Origin: Selaginella moellendorffii
Lineage: Eukaryota > Plantae > Lycopodiophyta
DNA: 64,000 bases
Direction: 5' to 3'
NCBI RefSeq assembly: GCF_000143415.4
Contig: NW_003314337.1
Span: 637,234-701,233, forward strand
Positions 1 through 13,629 of this stretch are shown one piece after another (positions within the stretch are counted from its first letter, which is position 1; each line of letters opens with the position of its first letter). The notes under the pieces are model-generated. The model worked only from the letters and a program-made list of their open reading frames with translations. It ran no database searches and had not been told where the DNA came from. The position numbers and the translations under genes are program-made.

Positions 1-1431
1 GAAAGCACAAAGTAGCTTAGGGATCTCATGTTCACCCACACACTGCAACAACACATCCTGTGAAGTCCTTTTATAAAGGTGTCTGTCGAGAAGGCAAAAC
101 CCCCACTCTTGGATCTCTAATGCCTTTTGTTGTGCTTGTGAGGAATCTACTAGGAACTTGCCTGAATCTAGGTACATTGCAATGTCCTATAAGGATGCTG
201 GGACCATAAAGGAGGTAGCCTCAACAACTAGGAACTCGCTCGGATCCATCACATGCTTCTGTCATGTGTGAAAAGTTGGTTGGAACTCTTGAATAGTCAC
301 AATCCAAAATGAAGTATGAGGACTGTGAACTAGTCATTGTAAAAGAAAGGTTAGCACATTAGAATAGACATGGAAATGGATATGGGCTCCAGTGAGAAAG
401 TGGCATTATAGGTTCTATCGCTAATTTCCATCTTACCTTCTGTGCTATCCATGGTGCAATGGGCTGCAACTTGCCACGAGTGGCCGAAGATGATAGAGTC
501 TTTTAGAGAGGATGTTCCAAGATGCTGGTAGTTGACCATGAGGAAATCTACCTTAGAAATAACCCTACACTAAGACCTTGACACCACAGCAAATGCCCAC
601 TAGAGGAACAATGTGATTGGCAAAGGTTTTGAGCACAATGAAGGAGCTCTTAGTGATCTGTAGTTGTGCTGAAAGGGCAACTTCAAGAGAGATAATGTTG
701 CTCCCGGAACCGGAGTTAACCAAAGCATCCATCTTGCAAGAGGAAGTACTAATCTACACCAGGACGAAGAATAGACTAGGATCTCCACCATATCTTATCA
801 TGTTGATGATGTGCACCTCTTGAGGAGTCCTACTGAGGGTGCTCTGTGGTGTTCTTGACCATATAAACTCCAAATGCTGGCCGAATCTAGAAACAAGGCA
901 CAACATTTTTCATAGTGAAAAGGTGACGAGAGTGTCAAGCAGTTGTTGAAGAACTGGCTCCGAAACATGAATAGTTGTTGGTGAGATCTTAGGAGGAGAG
1001 GAAAATAGTGACTTGAAGGGGAGCTTACAAGCCACTCTCTGTGTCATTAGATTTTGTGCAGATAAAGATTCATTCTCAACCGATGCTGGGGGATCTATGA
1101 TAGGTTGAGCAGCTGCCTTCTTCTTCGCTTGGGCTCGAGTGGTTGCGGTTTGCTACTATTGTCTATAGAGTTCCTTAGCTACCAAAATCATGTTGACCGA
1201 TGAGGCTAATGCTTTCCCTTTCCTTGATGAAGGGGCTGCCTCAATCACTCATTGCTCCAATTGCTCTTGGTATGTCTCTGGACCACTAAATGGTGTGGAG
1301 TTGTTAGTGAAGGGGCATTACTGGACACATTCAGAGGGTGGAGGCTAAAGCTTTATGTGAAACTTGAAGCAGCATTATGTGTTGTGTGTGTTCATCTTGT
1401 AGTGAGTGCACTAATAGGACTTGAATTAGTG
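1..1431 (-). mobile_element. Decayed Ty3/Gypsy gag-protease remnant (paralog of 42568-43992 plus 52323-52470)
   Basis: Collinear similarity to 42.7-44.0 kb and 52.3-52.5 kb (e.g. TAGAGGAA..TGTGATTGGCAAAGGTTTTGAGCAC at ~601 and ~43308). The minus strand carries a degenerate aspartic protease motif (DALV[N/D]S..G.N). Many stops. Confidence 0.7.
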
Positions 1432-1935
1432 TGTGAGACACAAATCCTTAAGCCCTAAAGTGGAGCTGAAAGGGTGCCATGTGGTAGTGTCTGAAGCAAA
1501 AGCCAAATAAGCATAACAAGTTTGGACTAAAAGCTTAGACTTGAAAAGTTGAGAGTAGAAGTGGAACTCCCAACGAAGGGCTCGAGGAGTCCAAGATGGA
1601 TCTAAGATAGACCTGAGATGGAATCCAAGATGGACCCAAAATGGACCCAAAATGGAGTCCGAGATGAACCTGAGATGGAGTTTGAGATGGACCTGAAATA
1701 GAGTCCAAGATGGAGTCTGAGATGGACCTGAGATGGAGTCCAAGATGGACCCGAAATGGAGTCTGAGATGGAACTGAGATTGAGACCAAGAGAGAGACCG
1801 AGTCCGAGTCCGAAATCGAGACCGAGACCAAGACCAAGACTAAGTCTGAATCCGAGACCGAGACCAAGTCCAAGTCCGAAACCAAATACTAATACAGACT
1901 ATTGGGTGAAAGCCCAAAGCAATCACGCCCCCCCC
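1432..1935. repeat. Truncated LTR, same family as 40679-42567 and 55174-56487, opposite orientation, with internal 6/12-mer tandem array
   Basis: Begins TGTGAGACA, the reverse complement of the TGTCTCACA end at 42567 and 56487. Carries a GAGATGGA(G/C)(T/C)CC-type and GAGACC-type array at ~1595-1880. Confidence 0.8.
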
Positions 1936-2142
1936 CCCCCCCAAAGTAGGGAAAAAGTGGCTTTTACAAAAGAAAGGTGGTAATATATGTTTTTTTTGCA
2001 GCAATGATCGTTTAGTAATAATTTCATTCTAGCTCGACAAGATGCTTGTGATGAGGAGCTAAAGGAACTCTCATCAACAAAATGTCATATGATGGTAACT
2101 TTTTTCATCATTGCTTTTCTCATTCATATAACACTTTTATAG

Positions 2143-2973
2143 GTCCATTCTATTTCCCTAGTAACACACTAAAGTATTATGGGTGTTTTTATTGGCTCTT
2201 ACAATAAATTGTTGACATCTTTCATGGAAGACAACATAAATATGGACATATAGCATCAATTCAACTGTTGGTGCCAAAAGATATAAAGACCCTTACTTCC
2301 AATTGTAAACTTCATTCTCTTTGACTTTCCCAAAGGTCTTTTAGATGGGAAAGTTGAGGATTGGAAATTTCTCACACCCAACCATATGTATGATGTGTTT
2401 CTCTTGTTAGAAAAACTTTTGCTTGAAGTTGGCTATATCATCTTTATCCTACCAAACAACCCCAATTGGATGTATGAGATTATGATGTATGCAGCAAAAG
2501 TTTGTTTTAAGTTGTTCTCCTCCAGATACATTATGGATCCTATTGGCATTGATACTACGGGTGTCCAAGACAAACTTGAAAAGGTCAGGTATTTCATATT
2601 TTTATCTAATTTCAAAAATTTATTATTTTCCAAGTTATGATATAGATCTATCATACCTTTTGCAAAAACATGCATGACAAGTTTTGTAATAGCGTATTTT
2701 GCCTAGGTATAAAATTCCACAATCATTATACCCAATCTTGTGGATGATCAAATCTGTAGCACATTTCCTAGGTACCAATTTTGAACTCTATTAGTGATGC
2801 AAGTCTTGCTTGAGCTCTATTGCTGACCAAATGGTGTTTTGAATCATTGCATAACAAGTAACAATTCTATGATAGACATAGCATGTGACTCTAGTAGGTT
2901 GGTGTTTACTATTGAAGACCATCATTTCTTCAAACGCTGGCTCAGAAGATTTTGTGAGCTACCTCCAACCTAA
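2143..2973 (+). pseudogene. Beta-class (N4/N6) DNA methyltransferase-like domain pseudogene, copy 1
   Basis: Manual translation: VHSIS..GVFIGSYNKLL...IVNFILFDFPKGLLDGKVEDW (motif IV-like strand plus DFP at 2323), LLEVGYIIFILP, then IIPNLVD..FPRY...VMQVLLELYC*PNGVLNHCITSNNSMIDIACDSSRLVFTIEDHHFFKRWLRRF. Aligns block by block with 21290-22117. Internal stops. Confidence 0.6.
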
Positions 2974-3289
2974 AAAAGGTAAATTATATTTATTAAGATT
3001 TCAAGACATGTTTAGTTCTATTTTATAAATCACTATCATCTTAAGTTTCTAGAGTTTGAGGCTTTGGAAGTTTTTTGGAGTATATAAAAGCTATAACTCA
3101 ACAAATGTAAGGTGGATCTTCCCTACAATACCAGTATAAGAGGCATAGAAGGAACTGATATATTGATGATGAAGCAAAAGAAAGTTAAATGCATCCTTAC
3201 TTGAAATAAAAATCCTGGTATATGTCAAATGTCAATGATAGTGTCAGATCTCACAATTGCATATTGTCATTCTCACTTGTAACCATCAC

Positions 3290-3614
3290 TCTATAGTGCT
3301 TGTGTGTTGCAATATCATCCTTTTAACATCTTGTAAACAATTATATATGATGTGATAGCATTATTTGTGCAGCAGTTATAGTAGTGAAAACTATTCAAGC
3401 CCATAGAAATGAATTCTTGACCCAAGACAGAAAGGCATATTGAGCACCTTAAAATCAAACTCTCAATGAATTCACTAGTTCCCATTAAATCAAGAATAAA
3501 CTCTTTTAACTCCCCATCATTGATTTTGACCTCCACATCTAGAATATGATAAATTAGGATATCTATTTCTATGAAGAGGTTAGAATGAGAAGATGATCCA
3601 AACAATAGTGCCAA
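3290..3614 (-). pseudogene. Possible decayed RING-finger coding fragment
   Basis: RCSICLSVLGQEFISMG..FHYYNCC resembles the N-terminal half of a RING domain; degenerate. Confidence 0.25.
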
Positions 3615-5785
3615 AAGAAGAATGGGAATGTGAAAGATGATTATTGCATAGATAAGAGAACTTATATGTTTTCTGCTTTAAGTCATTCCTAAATTGAACA
3701 CTATGCTTCAGATCTAGACAAAAATTTCTTTTCAAGACAAATTTCTCCTCAGCATCTTCACTTATGGTTAATACAAGTCTCTGAGCTTGTATGATAGATT
3801 TTTGAGCTTTGCAATATATTTCAAAAAATTTAAGATTGTTTGAGGCTATTTCACCTTTTTAGACAAAACCTTCTTCTAATATCTCTAAGCATGTTTTAGT
3901 TCTTTAGAGATCAAAGTGACGGTAAAAGTGTCTCCAAAACTAACACCTACACCTAGCAACAAGCTTTATATTTCTCTGTTCCACGTTTATAGCATAAAGC
4001 CTCTCAATTGCTTTGTCTGACAAAAGCTCAATTAACACAAGGGGTGATCTGTATGTTCCAAACATAGATGGAAAATAATCATTAGGTGGGAATTCTCTCC
4101 TATGAGGAGGTACGTACATTTATGAATTATGTCTCACAAAGGGTGGTTCACATTTTGAAAAGGGTGTTTCATGCCTAAAGTGATGAGTATTTCCCTTACC
4201 AATTGAGTGTGTGAAAAGCAGATTTTCATGCCTATTCACTTGTATATTTGCTCTTTGTTTATGCCTCATTCAAGGGATATGTGGTGTGTTTCATATAATT
4301 GCCCTTGATTTCTCTCTATAGAGCTAGATGTAATGTGAGTGCTCTCAAAATTTATAAAAGAATAACACCTTTCACATTGAGCAGTGTTTATAAACTCTCT
4401 ATGTATAAAAGATGAGCCTTGCTTAATTCACCTAGATGTACTAGGAATAGAACGGTTTTAACGGTTAAATTGGTTCGTGATAATGATTTCCAAATTTTTG
4501 ACTTGTACGTCTTATTTGAGTCTCGTAGGCTCTTACAATATGCGTAGAAGACTTAAACTCGGGATAAATCTACTTTCAAACTGTGTCTAAGTAATACTTT
4601 AAGCTAAAGGATCTTGGATTAAAGCTTTGAGACAGCATAATGTTTTAATTGTAATTTTGCCTTTGTTAAAACCTCATAAGATTTGGGTGAATAGTTCTCT
4701 AATTTGTTCTACACTAAAGTTGGCTCTAACTCTTTTTAAGTTGGAGTTGAAGACAAAAGTTACAAGTGCCCAATTTTCTTGCTTGTATATGCTTAAAAAA
4801 ATTGTAATACACTGCTGAAAAATATATTTTTTAAAAACCCAAGTGAGAACTTGCTTAGAAGGAAAGAATTTTACAGTAGTTGTTTATGTTTTCCACATCA
4901 AATAAATGTCATTCCTTCTTCTTTTGGATTTTTCTCAAGAAATTACTGTCGAAACAATTTACACTTAAGTTTCTTGGTAATGTATAAAATCTATGGCTTG
5001 TGTGACGGTTGAAGAACTGTCTCTCTTGCTTTGTCTAAACACTAAGCCACTACAATAGCAAAAAGAGCTCCTTCGTTCAGTATTGTCTGGGCTCAAAACC
5101 TCTACAATCACTGAAAAAATCTACTTGTGATTCCTAGTATTGGGCACGTTTGGAATTCACAAGTGATTTTCTCTTGACTATTTTCCAAGCCAAAGAGTGA
5201 CAGTTTATCCCACCATAATTGCCAAAAGTGAGTAAGGCTTTTTCTGCATATACTCATATTCTAGCCCCTACCTACAAAATAGTGACAAACAAACAAAGAC
5301 GAGAACATAGAAGAAGAAGAAGAGAATAGAACTCAGCTTTGAACCCCAAAGATGTGAGCAAAGATAAGCATATGTCACTCTTTTAACTTTACTTTGCACA
5401 AACAGTCATATGCGGGAAAAAAGATGGTTAATTCAATACAAATGCATACAACAGTGAGTGGGGGTTATTTTCTAACACGTCTAAATGCTACTTATTCACT
5501 ACATGATTTTATAACTATTCCTAACTGTTTTTCACTTAAGTCGGGTCTTTTTTCTTTGGATGCCTAAACTTATGCGTAACTCTCTTTCTTCTTCTACTTT
5601 ACCTAGGAAGATATACAAAATAAAACATTTACTTCTTCATCAATCCAATAAGCAACAATCACTAGCTGAGGAAAATATAAGAAAAGTCTCTACTCTTGAC
5701 TATTGCTCTTGAAGGTATATAATAAACACATATAATATTGTAATATTACAGTTTATAACTATTGACTTAATTCTTTATTATCAGG

Positions 5786-6210
5786 TGTTGTCAAGTTGTA
5801 AGAAGAGATGAAAATTTTAATGCAAGGAGTTCAATATGGAATTAATGTTGGAAAGACTATCGAGAATTTATTTTCAAAGCTCTTTCCCATGCTATAATAC
5901 GTTCAGAAAACTTCGATAAAGATTTTGGTATGGTTTTTAATGTATGTATTATATGTGCCAAAGCATGGTGTATTATACATGATTTTAGTAAATTCACTTT
6001 TTATCAAGTTAAAATGGAGTGGAATGGTTCTGTAACTCGAGCTTTTCATGGCAACTCAGGTCAAGACAAATCCCAACAAAACACAATAGTATTACAAGAA
6101 TTATTTTCAACATTTGTGGATGTTAATAGTGATAAAATGCCCTATAAATCAAGTACAACACTTGAAGGGATTCAAGATACTCAAAAGGTTCTTCCCATCT
6201 TTAAACAAAT
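5786..6210 (+). pseudogene. N-terminal fragment of a DUF7869/Sola-like transposase, truncated by an LTR at 6211
   Basis: ICAKAWCIIHDFSKFTFY...HGNSG...DKMPYKS....G.....LP matches the C..AW...G.S..TFY / HGN / D.MP / LP pattern that lies N-terminal to the DUF7869 catalytic core (recognised by eye). Confidence 0.55.
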
Positions 6211-6404
6211 TGTAATCTCCTGAGTTTGGACTTCCCGGGAAGTCACCCAACCTAGTACTATTCAAACCCAATGACGCTTAACCCCAAATATCCCAAAACC
6301 CTCAACCGATTGAAAAAGGGGGTGCATTCTTGTTCATGGGCCCTTTCCCTTTATATTTGAACCCCATGGATCGTCTCTCAAGTCGTTTTCTTTGGTTGCT
6401 TACA
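6211..6404 (-). repeat. Short (~194 bp) LTR, inverted copy of the TRIM-like LTR at 11439-11621
   Basis: TGTAA...TTACA termini; reverse complement of 11439-11621 and of 10936-11122. Confidence 0.85.
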
Positions 6405-9060
6405 CCAACGTCCAGTAATTAATCCAACACTTTATAAACATCATGAACTTGCTCCTCCCACATCCCCTCCAAGTGGATCAAGACATCATCAAGGAAGTCA
6501 ATAGTCACCTCCGGCATATTGCAAAAAACTTTGTCCATCATCTATTGGAAAGTTGTTGGAGCATTGTTCAAACTAAACGGCATCACCAAGAACTCATACA
6601 AACCAAACACTATATGAAAAGTAGTCTTAGAAATATCTTCTTCGGCCATCAGTACTTACTAATACCCAAAAGCAAGATCTAGCTTGGTGAACTAACAACT
6701 TTGCCCCAGATGATCCAACTAGATATCATGTCGAACCTCATAAACTTGTGGTCTAACTTGCTGCAACACCCAATATGGTCTTTTCCACTGAGCAAGGAGC
6801 CCCTTAGATAAACCACATACCGTACGATGGGGAAAACAGACTAACACCAAATCATCCACTTTATACTCCGCAGGTGGATGATGATAGGAGTTGTAGCGCC
6901 ATTGTTGTCCCACTTGTACGCAGCCTAAGTGTTTGGCAAACTCTGCTCGGATAAGTGGAAGAATGCTCGTCAAATACTAATCCCATAACCTAGCATTAGC
7001 AGCTCGTGGCAATCGCGAAGTAAACCCAACTCCGTTAGTAATATTGGATCATGGTAAAACACTAATAGAACTCTACACCCCTGTGATATATGCATATTGA
7101 AGAGATAGCAAATAACCATCCCAATTAGAATGCTGAAAGTTCACGTACTTTATGATCATTCCTTTGAACATCCGAATGAGCCATTCCACCAAACCATTTG
7201 ACTGTGAATGATAATCACTCGTGAAAGTATGGCGTATCCCCAACCAAGACGTCAAAACATGAAATGCCTCAGCCATAAATGCGGGACTATTATTCGAAAG
7301 AATCTACTCTGGACAATATTGCTGGAACACCACTCGATTAAGGAAGAAGTATCCAACAATACTTGCAAAGGTGCTAGCAAAAGCACCAAGTTCCACCTAA
7401 TGAGTCAAATAATCAAAAGTAATAATAGCATATTCATTGATAGCAATCGATCATGGAAAAGGTCCCATAAGATCAAATGCCACTAACTCAAATGGAAGGG
7501 AAATTGTAATTGACTCTAACCATCCTTCTGCAGCACGAGGAGGAGTATTATGAGCTTGGCACCAAATGCAGCTATGCACATGCTAGATAACATCACATTG
7601 CATCTCCAGCTAATAAAAAGACCTACGCAGCTTCTCGATCAAACGATGATGTCCCATATGCTTGCCTAGAACAAGAGAATCATAATAGGTATGGAGAAAC
7701 CGTGGAATAAAGATGGAAGGCACTACCAGCCGTAAAGGATCATCAAGATCTGTCCTTACAAAATATAGAAAGTTGTCTTTAAGGCAATACTGAGAATGTA
7801 AATGCCAGAATGGCAAGTTATAGGATTCTCAAACCAATCTTGAAGCCTTCGAATCCATGGCTCAATCTTTTGAGGCTCGTAAACCTCATCAAGAGAAGGT
7901 AGATCTTGCTCTGCACCTTGTGGACACTGAACATCAAGTACAGCAACCGCCAATGGCACAGAATCCTCATCTAAAAATCCACAGATGCTGGAACAATAGA
8001 CTCATTAGAAACATGAGAAGGAAGAGGAGCTTAAGAAAGGGCATTAGCATCATCCATAAAACTCCCCGGGTGATGAACATCAAAATCATATATTTGAAAC
8101 TTTAAAGCCCACCAAGTAGTATGACCAACCAAATTCTTTCACTTCAATAATGAAGTAATGGTAGCATGATCACCTTCAAGTAACATCCAAGAACCATGTA
8201 GATATGTATGAAGTTTCTCAAAACCCCAAACTCCTGCTAAACACTCCTTCTTTGTCATGGAGTAGTTCACCTCTACTGGTTGTAATGTACAGCTTATATG
8301 CGCAATGGGATGGCACTGACCAAGCACACTCGAGCTCTCTTGCATCAACACACCTCGAAGACCAATATCAGAAGCATCCACGTGCAAAATAAAAGGTTGA
8401 GTGTAGTCAGGATATACCAAAACTAGAGGAGTCGTCAATAGCTCTTTGAGATCCACGAACACCAGCTCACAATCCAGAGACCAAATGAAAGATGATGTTG
8501 ATGACTTCAGTAACCCTCGTAACGGGGCAGTGCGATCAGAAAGATGATCCACAAAACGACCGAAATACTGCACCTTGCCTAGGAAGCGCTGTACATCATT
8601 CACACACTTCAGAGTACAGAACTTTAGAACAGCCACAAGTTTGTCAGGATCAACTTACAAACCCTCACAAGAAATACAGTACCCAAGATAGGTTGTGTCC
8701 TTAGTCCCAAACACACACTTCAACCGCTTTAACTTTAAACCAATGTCTTGTACCCAATCTAACACTTTACAAACATCACGAACATGCTCTTCCCATGTCC
8801 CCTCCAAGTGGATCAACACATCATTAATGAAGTCAACAATCACCTCAGGCATATCACAAAGAACCTCGTCCATCATCCGCTAGAAAGTTGTTGGAGCATT
8901 GTTCAAACTAAATGGTATCACCAAGAACTTGTACAAACCAAACAGTGTACGAAAAGAAATCTTAAAAATATCTTCTTCAGCCATCGATACTTGCCAATAC
9001 CCAAAAGCAAGATCTAGCTTGGTGAACTAATGAATTCACCCCAAACAATCCAAGAGATCA
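6405..9060 (-). mobile_element. Scrambled Ty3/Gypsy pol remnant (RT, RNase H, integrase)
   Basis: RT (VDFINDVLIH; LK..KCVFG...YLG), RNase H (FILHVDASD.GL.GVL.Q; NYS.TKKECLA), integrase (H..SNGLVE...MFK; WD.YL). 6405-6720 duplicates ~8750-9050. Many stops and frameshifts. Confidence 0.9.
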
Positions 9061-9129
9061 GAAGTGTGAGAAAGAGGGTACATATTTGGGATTGTCACTT
9101 TGTTTAACGGATAATATATTACCAACGGA

Positions 9130-9443
9130 GCTGAGTTTACCTTCAAGATGGCCACGAGCTGCCGATGCTAGGTCGTGGGATCGGTATTTGACGAGCATTC
9201 TTCCATTTATCTTAGCAGAGTCTACCGAACACTTAAGCTGCGTACAAGTGGGACAACAATGGCACTACAACTCCCATCATCATCCACCTGTGAAGTACAA
9301 AGTGGATGATTTGGTGTTAGTCTGTTTTCCCCATCTTACAGTATGTGGTTTATCTAAGGGGCTCCTTGCTCAGTGGAAAAGACTATATCAGGTGTTGCGG
9401 CAAGTTGGACCACAAGTTTATAAGATTCGGCATGATGTCCAAC
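9130..9443 (+). repeat. Inverted duplicate of integrase C-terminal segment 6720-7030
   Basis: ORF 9086-9463 (+) and ORF 6719-6973 (-) share TSILP.I.AE..HL.CVQVGQQW.YNS.HHPP..YKVDDLVLVCFPH. Confidence 0.85.
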
Positions 9444-10520
9444 AGACCAATAAAAAAGTTTGAAGTGTCAGGGCAAAAAGGAGAAAACAAGAAAAATTGA
9501 GGAAAAATAATTGTGGAAGAAGAAAAAGTGGATAAAGAAGCATAAGAAAAGGAATTTGCAACAACTGGCAATGCAAAAATGGGGAAATTAGAAGAACATG
9601 TGCTTAACGCTTGGAAAATAGGGGACTTCCTATCATAAAATACTTTAGCTACCACAATATAAATAAAAGATTCACATTGCTCAACCTCCTTAACACACAA
9701 CTCAACACTTGAGACGGGAAAATCAATAACAACATCCACACTCTCAAGGGAATATATAAATTCCTCAACAGCAACAGTAAAGCAAAGGCTCTCAGTGGCA
9801 CTCACAAGTGGGGACATGCATTCAACCCGAAACTCTGGCTAAAGTGACTCAACCCTTGGAATAGGGGAATACTCAACACTAGAACTAATCAAAGATTCTG
9901 TCAACGAAACAAAAGCAAGATTCTCAATTTCATGGATACACTCAACATCCAAATTAGTATAAGGAGGACAAAAAACACTCAACTCAACACTGGATTGAGA
10001 ATAAGAATCATGAGAGTCACAAATAAACGACATGCTAGGAGAATAAAACACTGTAGATGAGGAAGAAATACTAGGAACATGAAAAGGTGGTTCAGGCCGA
10101 GAAATAAGAAAAGGTTGGGAAAAAATAAAAGGGAAAGAGAAAGGATCAGATGGCAAATTGAAATATTGATATCTATCCTGCAAAATCTTCACTTCATTTC
10201 CAAAGCTATCTCCATAATATTCAAGCTTATCATCACACTCTAGAATCCACTCAAGTTCGTACACATTGTCTTTTTATAAACTTGATCCTCAAACATTCTC
10301 CAAAAACTGGATTGCATCATCTATAGCTCGCCAATCAATATCATGATCACACTCCATATCAACGAGAGATGGTAGAACACCGAGAATAGTGTAAGCCACA
10401 AATTTTTCCTTTCCAATTTGCCAGCTTACCTTGTCTATCCGTCCAACACTGCCTTGGCTTTTGCTAAGTTCCCTCGCCAAGGTTCCCGCTTATGGTACCA
10501 GCTCCTACTTGGTCCTACTT

Positions 10521-10939
10521 GGTTTCAGCTACTCACTGCATGAGCAACGGAGTGTTATCCGTCCATCCACGGATCCCCAAATCTCTCCCAATCCCCCTCC
10601 CCAGGTTAGACTGGACTAAAGGTTCTGCTACACTCCCCGCAAGCACAAGCAGCCAAGCACACCAAGCTTCCAGGTTCCTAACATCCCTTGGTACCACAAG
10701 ACGTGATCATGGGACCCTCTAAATCCCATGGGTGCAACACTTGCTTCGGGACGCCAGGGCGAAACACCGTGGCCTAACGGCCCGGTATGGGTACCTCTAC
10801 CCCCCCCACTTCCATCCCGAAGGGGAGTGTAGCCGAACCTTTAGTCCAGTCTAACCCGGGGAGGGGGATTGGGAGAGATTTGGGGATCCATGGATGGACT
10901 GCTAACACTCCATTGCTCATGCAGTGAGTAGCTGAAACC
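10521..10939. repeat. ~117-bp inverted repeat (10521-10638 / 10822-10939) with ~180-bp spacer
   Basis: GGTTTCAGCTACTCACTGCATGAGCAA...CTACACTCCCC versus GGGGAGTGTAG...TTGCTCATGCAGTGAGTAGCTGAAACC. Confidence 0.9.
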
Positions 10940-11621
10940 AAAGGGAACGACTCGAGAGACGATCCATGGGGTTCAAATATAGAGGAAAAGGGCCCATGAA
11001 AAAGAGTGCACCCCCTTTTCCAATCGGTTAAGGGTCTTGGGATATTTGGAGTTAAGCGTCCTTGGGTTTGAATAGTACTGGGCTAGGTGACCTCCCGGGA
11101 AGTCCAAACTAAGGAGCTTACATTTGGTATCAGAGAGGGTCTCAAGTCCGACTCTGTTGGTTGGCTTAGGGGAATCACACCTAGTACTGGGCTAGGTGAC
11201 CTCCCGGGAAGTCCAAACTAATGAGCTTACATTTGGTATCAGAGAGGGTCTCGAGTCCGACTCTGTTGGTTGGCTTAGGGGAATCACACCACATGTTGAT
11301 TGACATCTGGCAAGTCCAGTATGCTCCGGCTGGGCTCGACCCGAGGGGTAGGGTGTCAAGAGAGCAGGGCTCTCGGGAGAGCTGCGGCTCTCAGCTTCCG
11401 TTCACGAGGGTGTGAACTTGCAAGGAAGCGTGGTGGATTGTAAGCAACTAAAGGGAATGACTTGAGAGATGATCCATGGGGTTCAAATATAAAGGGAAAG
11501 GGCCCATGAAAAAGAGTGCACCCCCTTTTCCAATCTTGGGATATTTGGAGTTAAGTGTTTTTGGGTTTGAATAATACTGGGCTGGGTGACCTCCCGAGAA
11601 GTCCAAACTAAGGAGCTTACA
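10936..11621 (+). mobile_element. TRIM-like miniature LTR retrotransposon
   Basis: 5' LTR (5'-clipped) ends TTACA at 11122. tRNA-Met PBS TGGTATCAGAG at 11125. A 109-bp tandem duplication spans 11073-11181/11182-11290. Short non-coding internal region, a purine-rich tract, then 3' LTR TGTAAG...TTACA at 11439-11621. Confidence 0.8.
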
Positions 11622-12479
11622 AATAGGATAAGCTATTTAATCATGTCTCATAGAAGTTGGAGATGGCAATACACCAAGGATGGGTGCAACACCAACATGA
11701 TTATACCCCATAGCACCAAAAGTTCGATCCAACAGAGTAGTATTAGCAACCTCAAATGACATATTCCTTGATCGATGACGGCATGGCATAGTAGAAGAAG
11801 AGAATGCAATGAAGATCAGAAAAAAAGAAGCAAATCTAAGCATAATGATAGCTAAAATTCTAAATCTTGCAAAAAGCTAATACAGATTTAGATCTAAAAG
11901 AGAATGGAAAAATAAGAACAAAAAAGCATAATCTTAAACACTAGAGCAAAACACTGCCAAAAAGCTTTGCCCTTCATGCAGTGCCCCTAACTTCCACCAT
12001 TGTGAGTGTTTGGGATATAAAAATAGATATATTAATGAGGGTTTAGACCCTACTTATATATAAGAATGGATGGACTAGATTCAATCCCAAATGAACAATC
12101 CATATACTATAGTACTATAATTAATGTATTACTTAGCTAGGGTAATATATGTATATACATACATGTATTTACAAACCTTACAAATATAAATATTTAGTTG
12201 ATAATGATTTTTCATAAAAGTAATTTCTAGTAAGCTATAAATCCATCCATTTGGTATGAGCTTTCTACAAATATCAAAAGTGTTTAGTATGTAAGAACAA
12301 ATTGGAAAGCCTTGATCAACAGAATAATCCAAGATTTCAAAACAATCTGACTCCTAGCCAAGATTTTGCAAAAATCTTCCAAAGTCTTATAAGATTAATG
12401 CAGGAATATGTCAAGGGTCCAAACTATAGAGAAAAGGTTAACCTTTTTGAGCCCACACAAGTTTAAACTAGCGGCTTAG

Positions 12480-13506
12480 GGAACCACCTGTCTAAGAAGA
12501 GCAAGCACCATGTGCCTAACCCACAGGATAGGCAGATACACCTAAGGACCAGCAGCACGAAGTCACCAAGAAAAAAGAGAAGATAGTCACGTACCTTTTA
12601 GCCACAGCTTCTCCAAAATGTGGCTCTGACTGCTCCTTCATCCCCTCTGGAGATTTCTCTTTGATCTGAGTTAAAATGGCGAGAATCCATGCTGCCATGG
12701 CACGTGGATCGTTGCTCATTTTGCTATCAATCAGCTGCTGCGCCACAGTACTTCGATCCGGGATGCCCGATCTTGAGAAAGGACACGTACACTACGTGGA
12801 AGCCCTTCTCTTATGGTTCTTGACTTTCCCCACCCAGAGCTCTGCAGCACCATCGTCCATGCCGGAAGCTGCCCCATATCGTTGTGCCACTCGTCAAACA
12901 AGCCATTGATAACCTCTTTAACGTAGTCCAACACTTTGCAAGGATCCTGGTGTAAGGGCGATCCCAGGCCACCTGTAGCGCCTCCTTGACACTTTGTGCA
13001 TAGTCAACCTTTGGATGTACTGTGGTTGGAGATGCATACTCAAGCACGGCCGAGAGAGGCCTTGACGAGTCCCCGGCAGTTTGAATCGCTGTGAGCATCC
13101 ATTCCTGATCGGCTATCAACAAGAATCCAAGCAGATCGATTGCAAGACGTTTTATGAGGATCATCCCAAGGGAAGACAGTGGTGATGGTCATGTGAAGTG
13201 GTTATCTCAAGATTTTGGCAGTGACGGACCAAACGGGGGCATACCCTGGGTCAGTTCCTCAAGAGCGTCGTGCCAGCTTGCAGGAAGTGCTGCGTGAGAG
13301 AGGCATGAGATAGGCAGCTAAGTTGCATACATACCACAAACATACACGTCGTGTGAGGGCCCAAGAGTGCCGTCGCCATGCTCCTCTCAGCTCCTCCGCC
13401 GAGACAGTGTTGGGTATCGGCGCCGGTCACAAGGTTGATCGAACCGCAAGATTTGCACCGCCAAACTCCCATTGCCGCCGTCCCCATTGCCACCGGAGTC
13501 CGCCAT
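12480..13506 (-). pseudogene. N-terminal part of a Crinkler/CR-type NTPase gene (frameshifted)
   Basis: Walker A variant VLQSSGWGKSR (ORF 12731-12934), typical of CR-NTPases. Candidate ATG (MADSGG) at 13506 is preceded on the minus strand by a telo-box (AAACCCTAG, 13534-13542). Confidence 0.55.
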
Positions 13507-13629
13507 CGCCGTGTGCTGCCCGGTGTCGCGGCCAAACCCTAGTTCTGTGACTTCCCTGCTCGTTTCTCCAGCTACCTTAAACTCAGTGGGGAGGTGCACG
13601 AGTCCAAGCCGGGTCCAGGACAGGACTGG

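Noticed and set aside
3900-5420. Possible third palindrome family (GTGACRGTT...AACTGTC) near methyltransferase-like copy 1
   Set aside because: Only one convincing palindrome (~5004-5021) and a few half sites; insufficient by eye.
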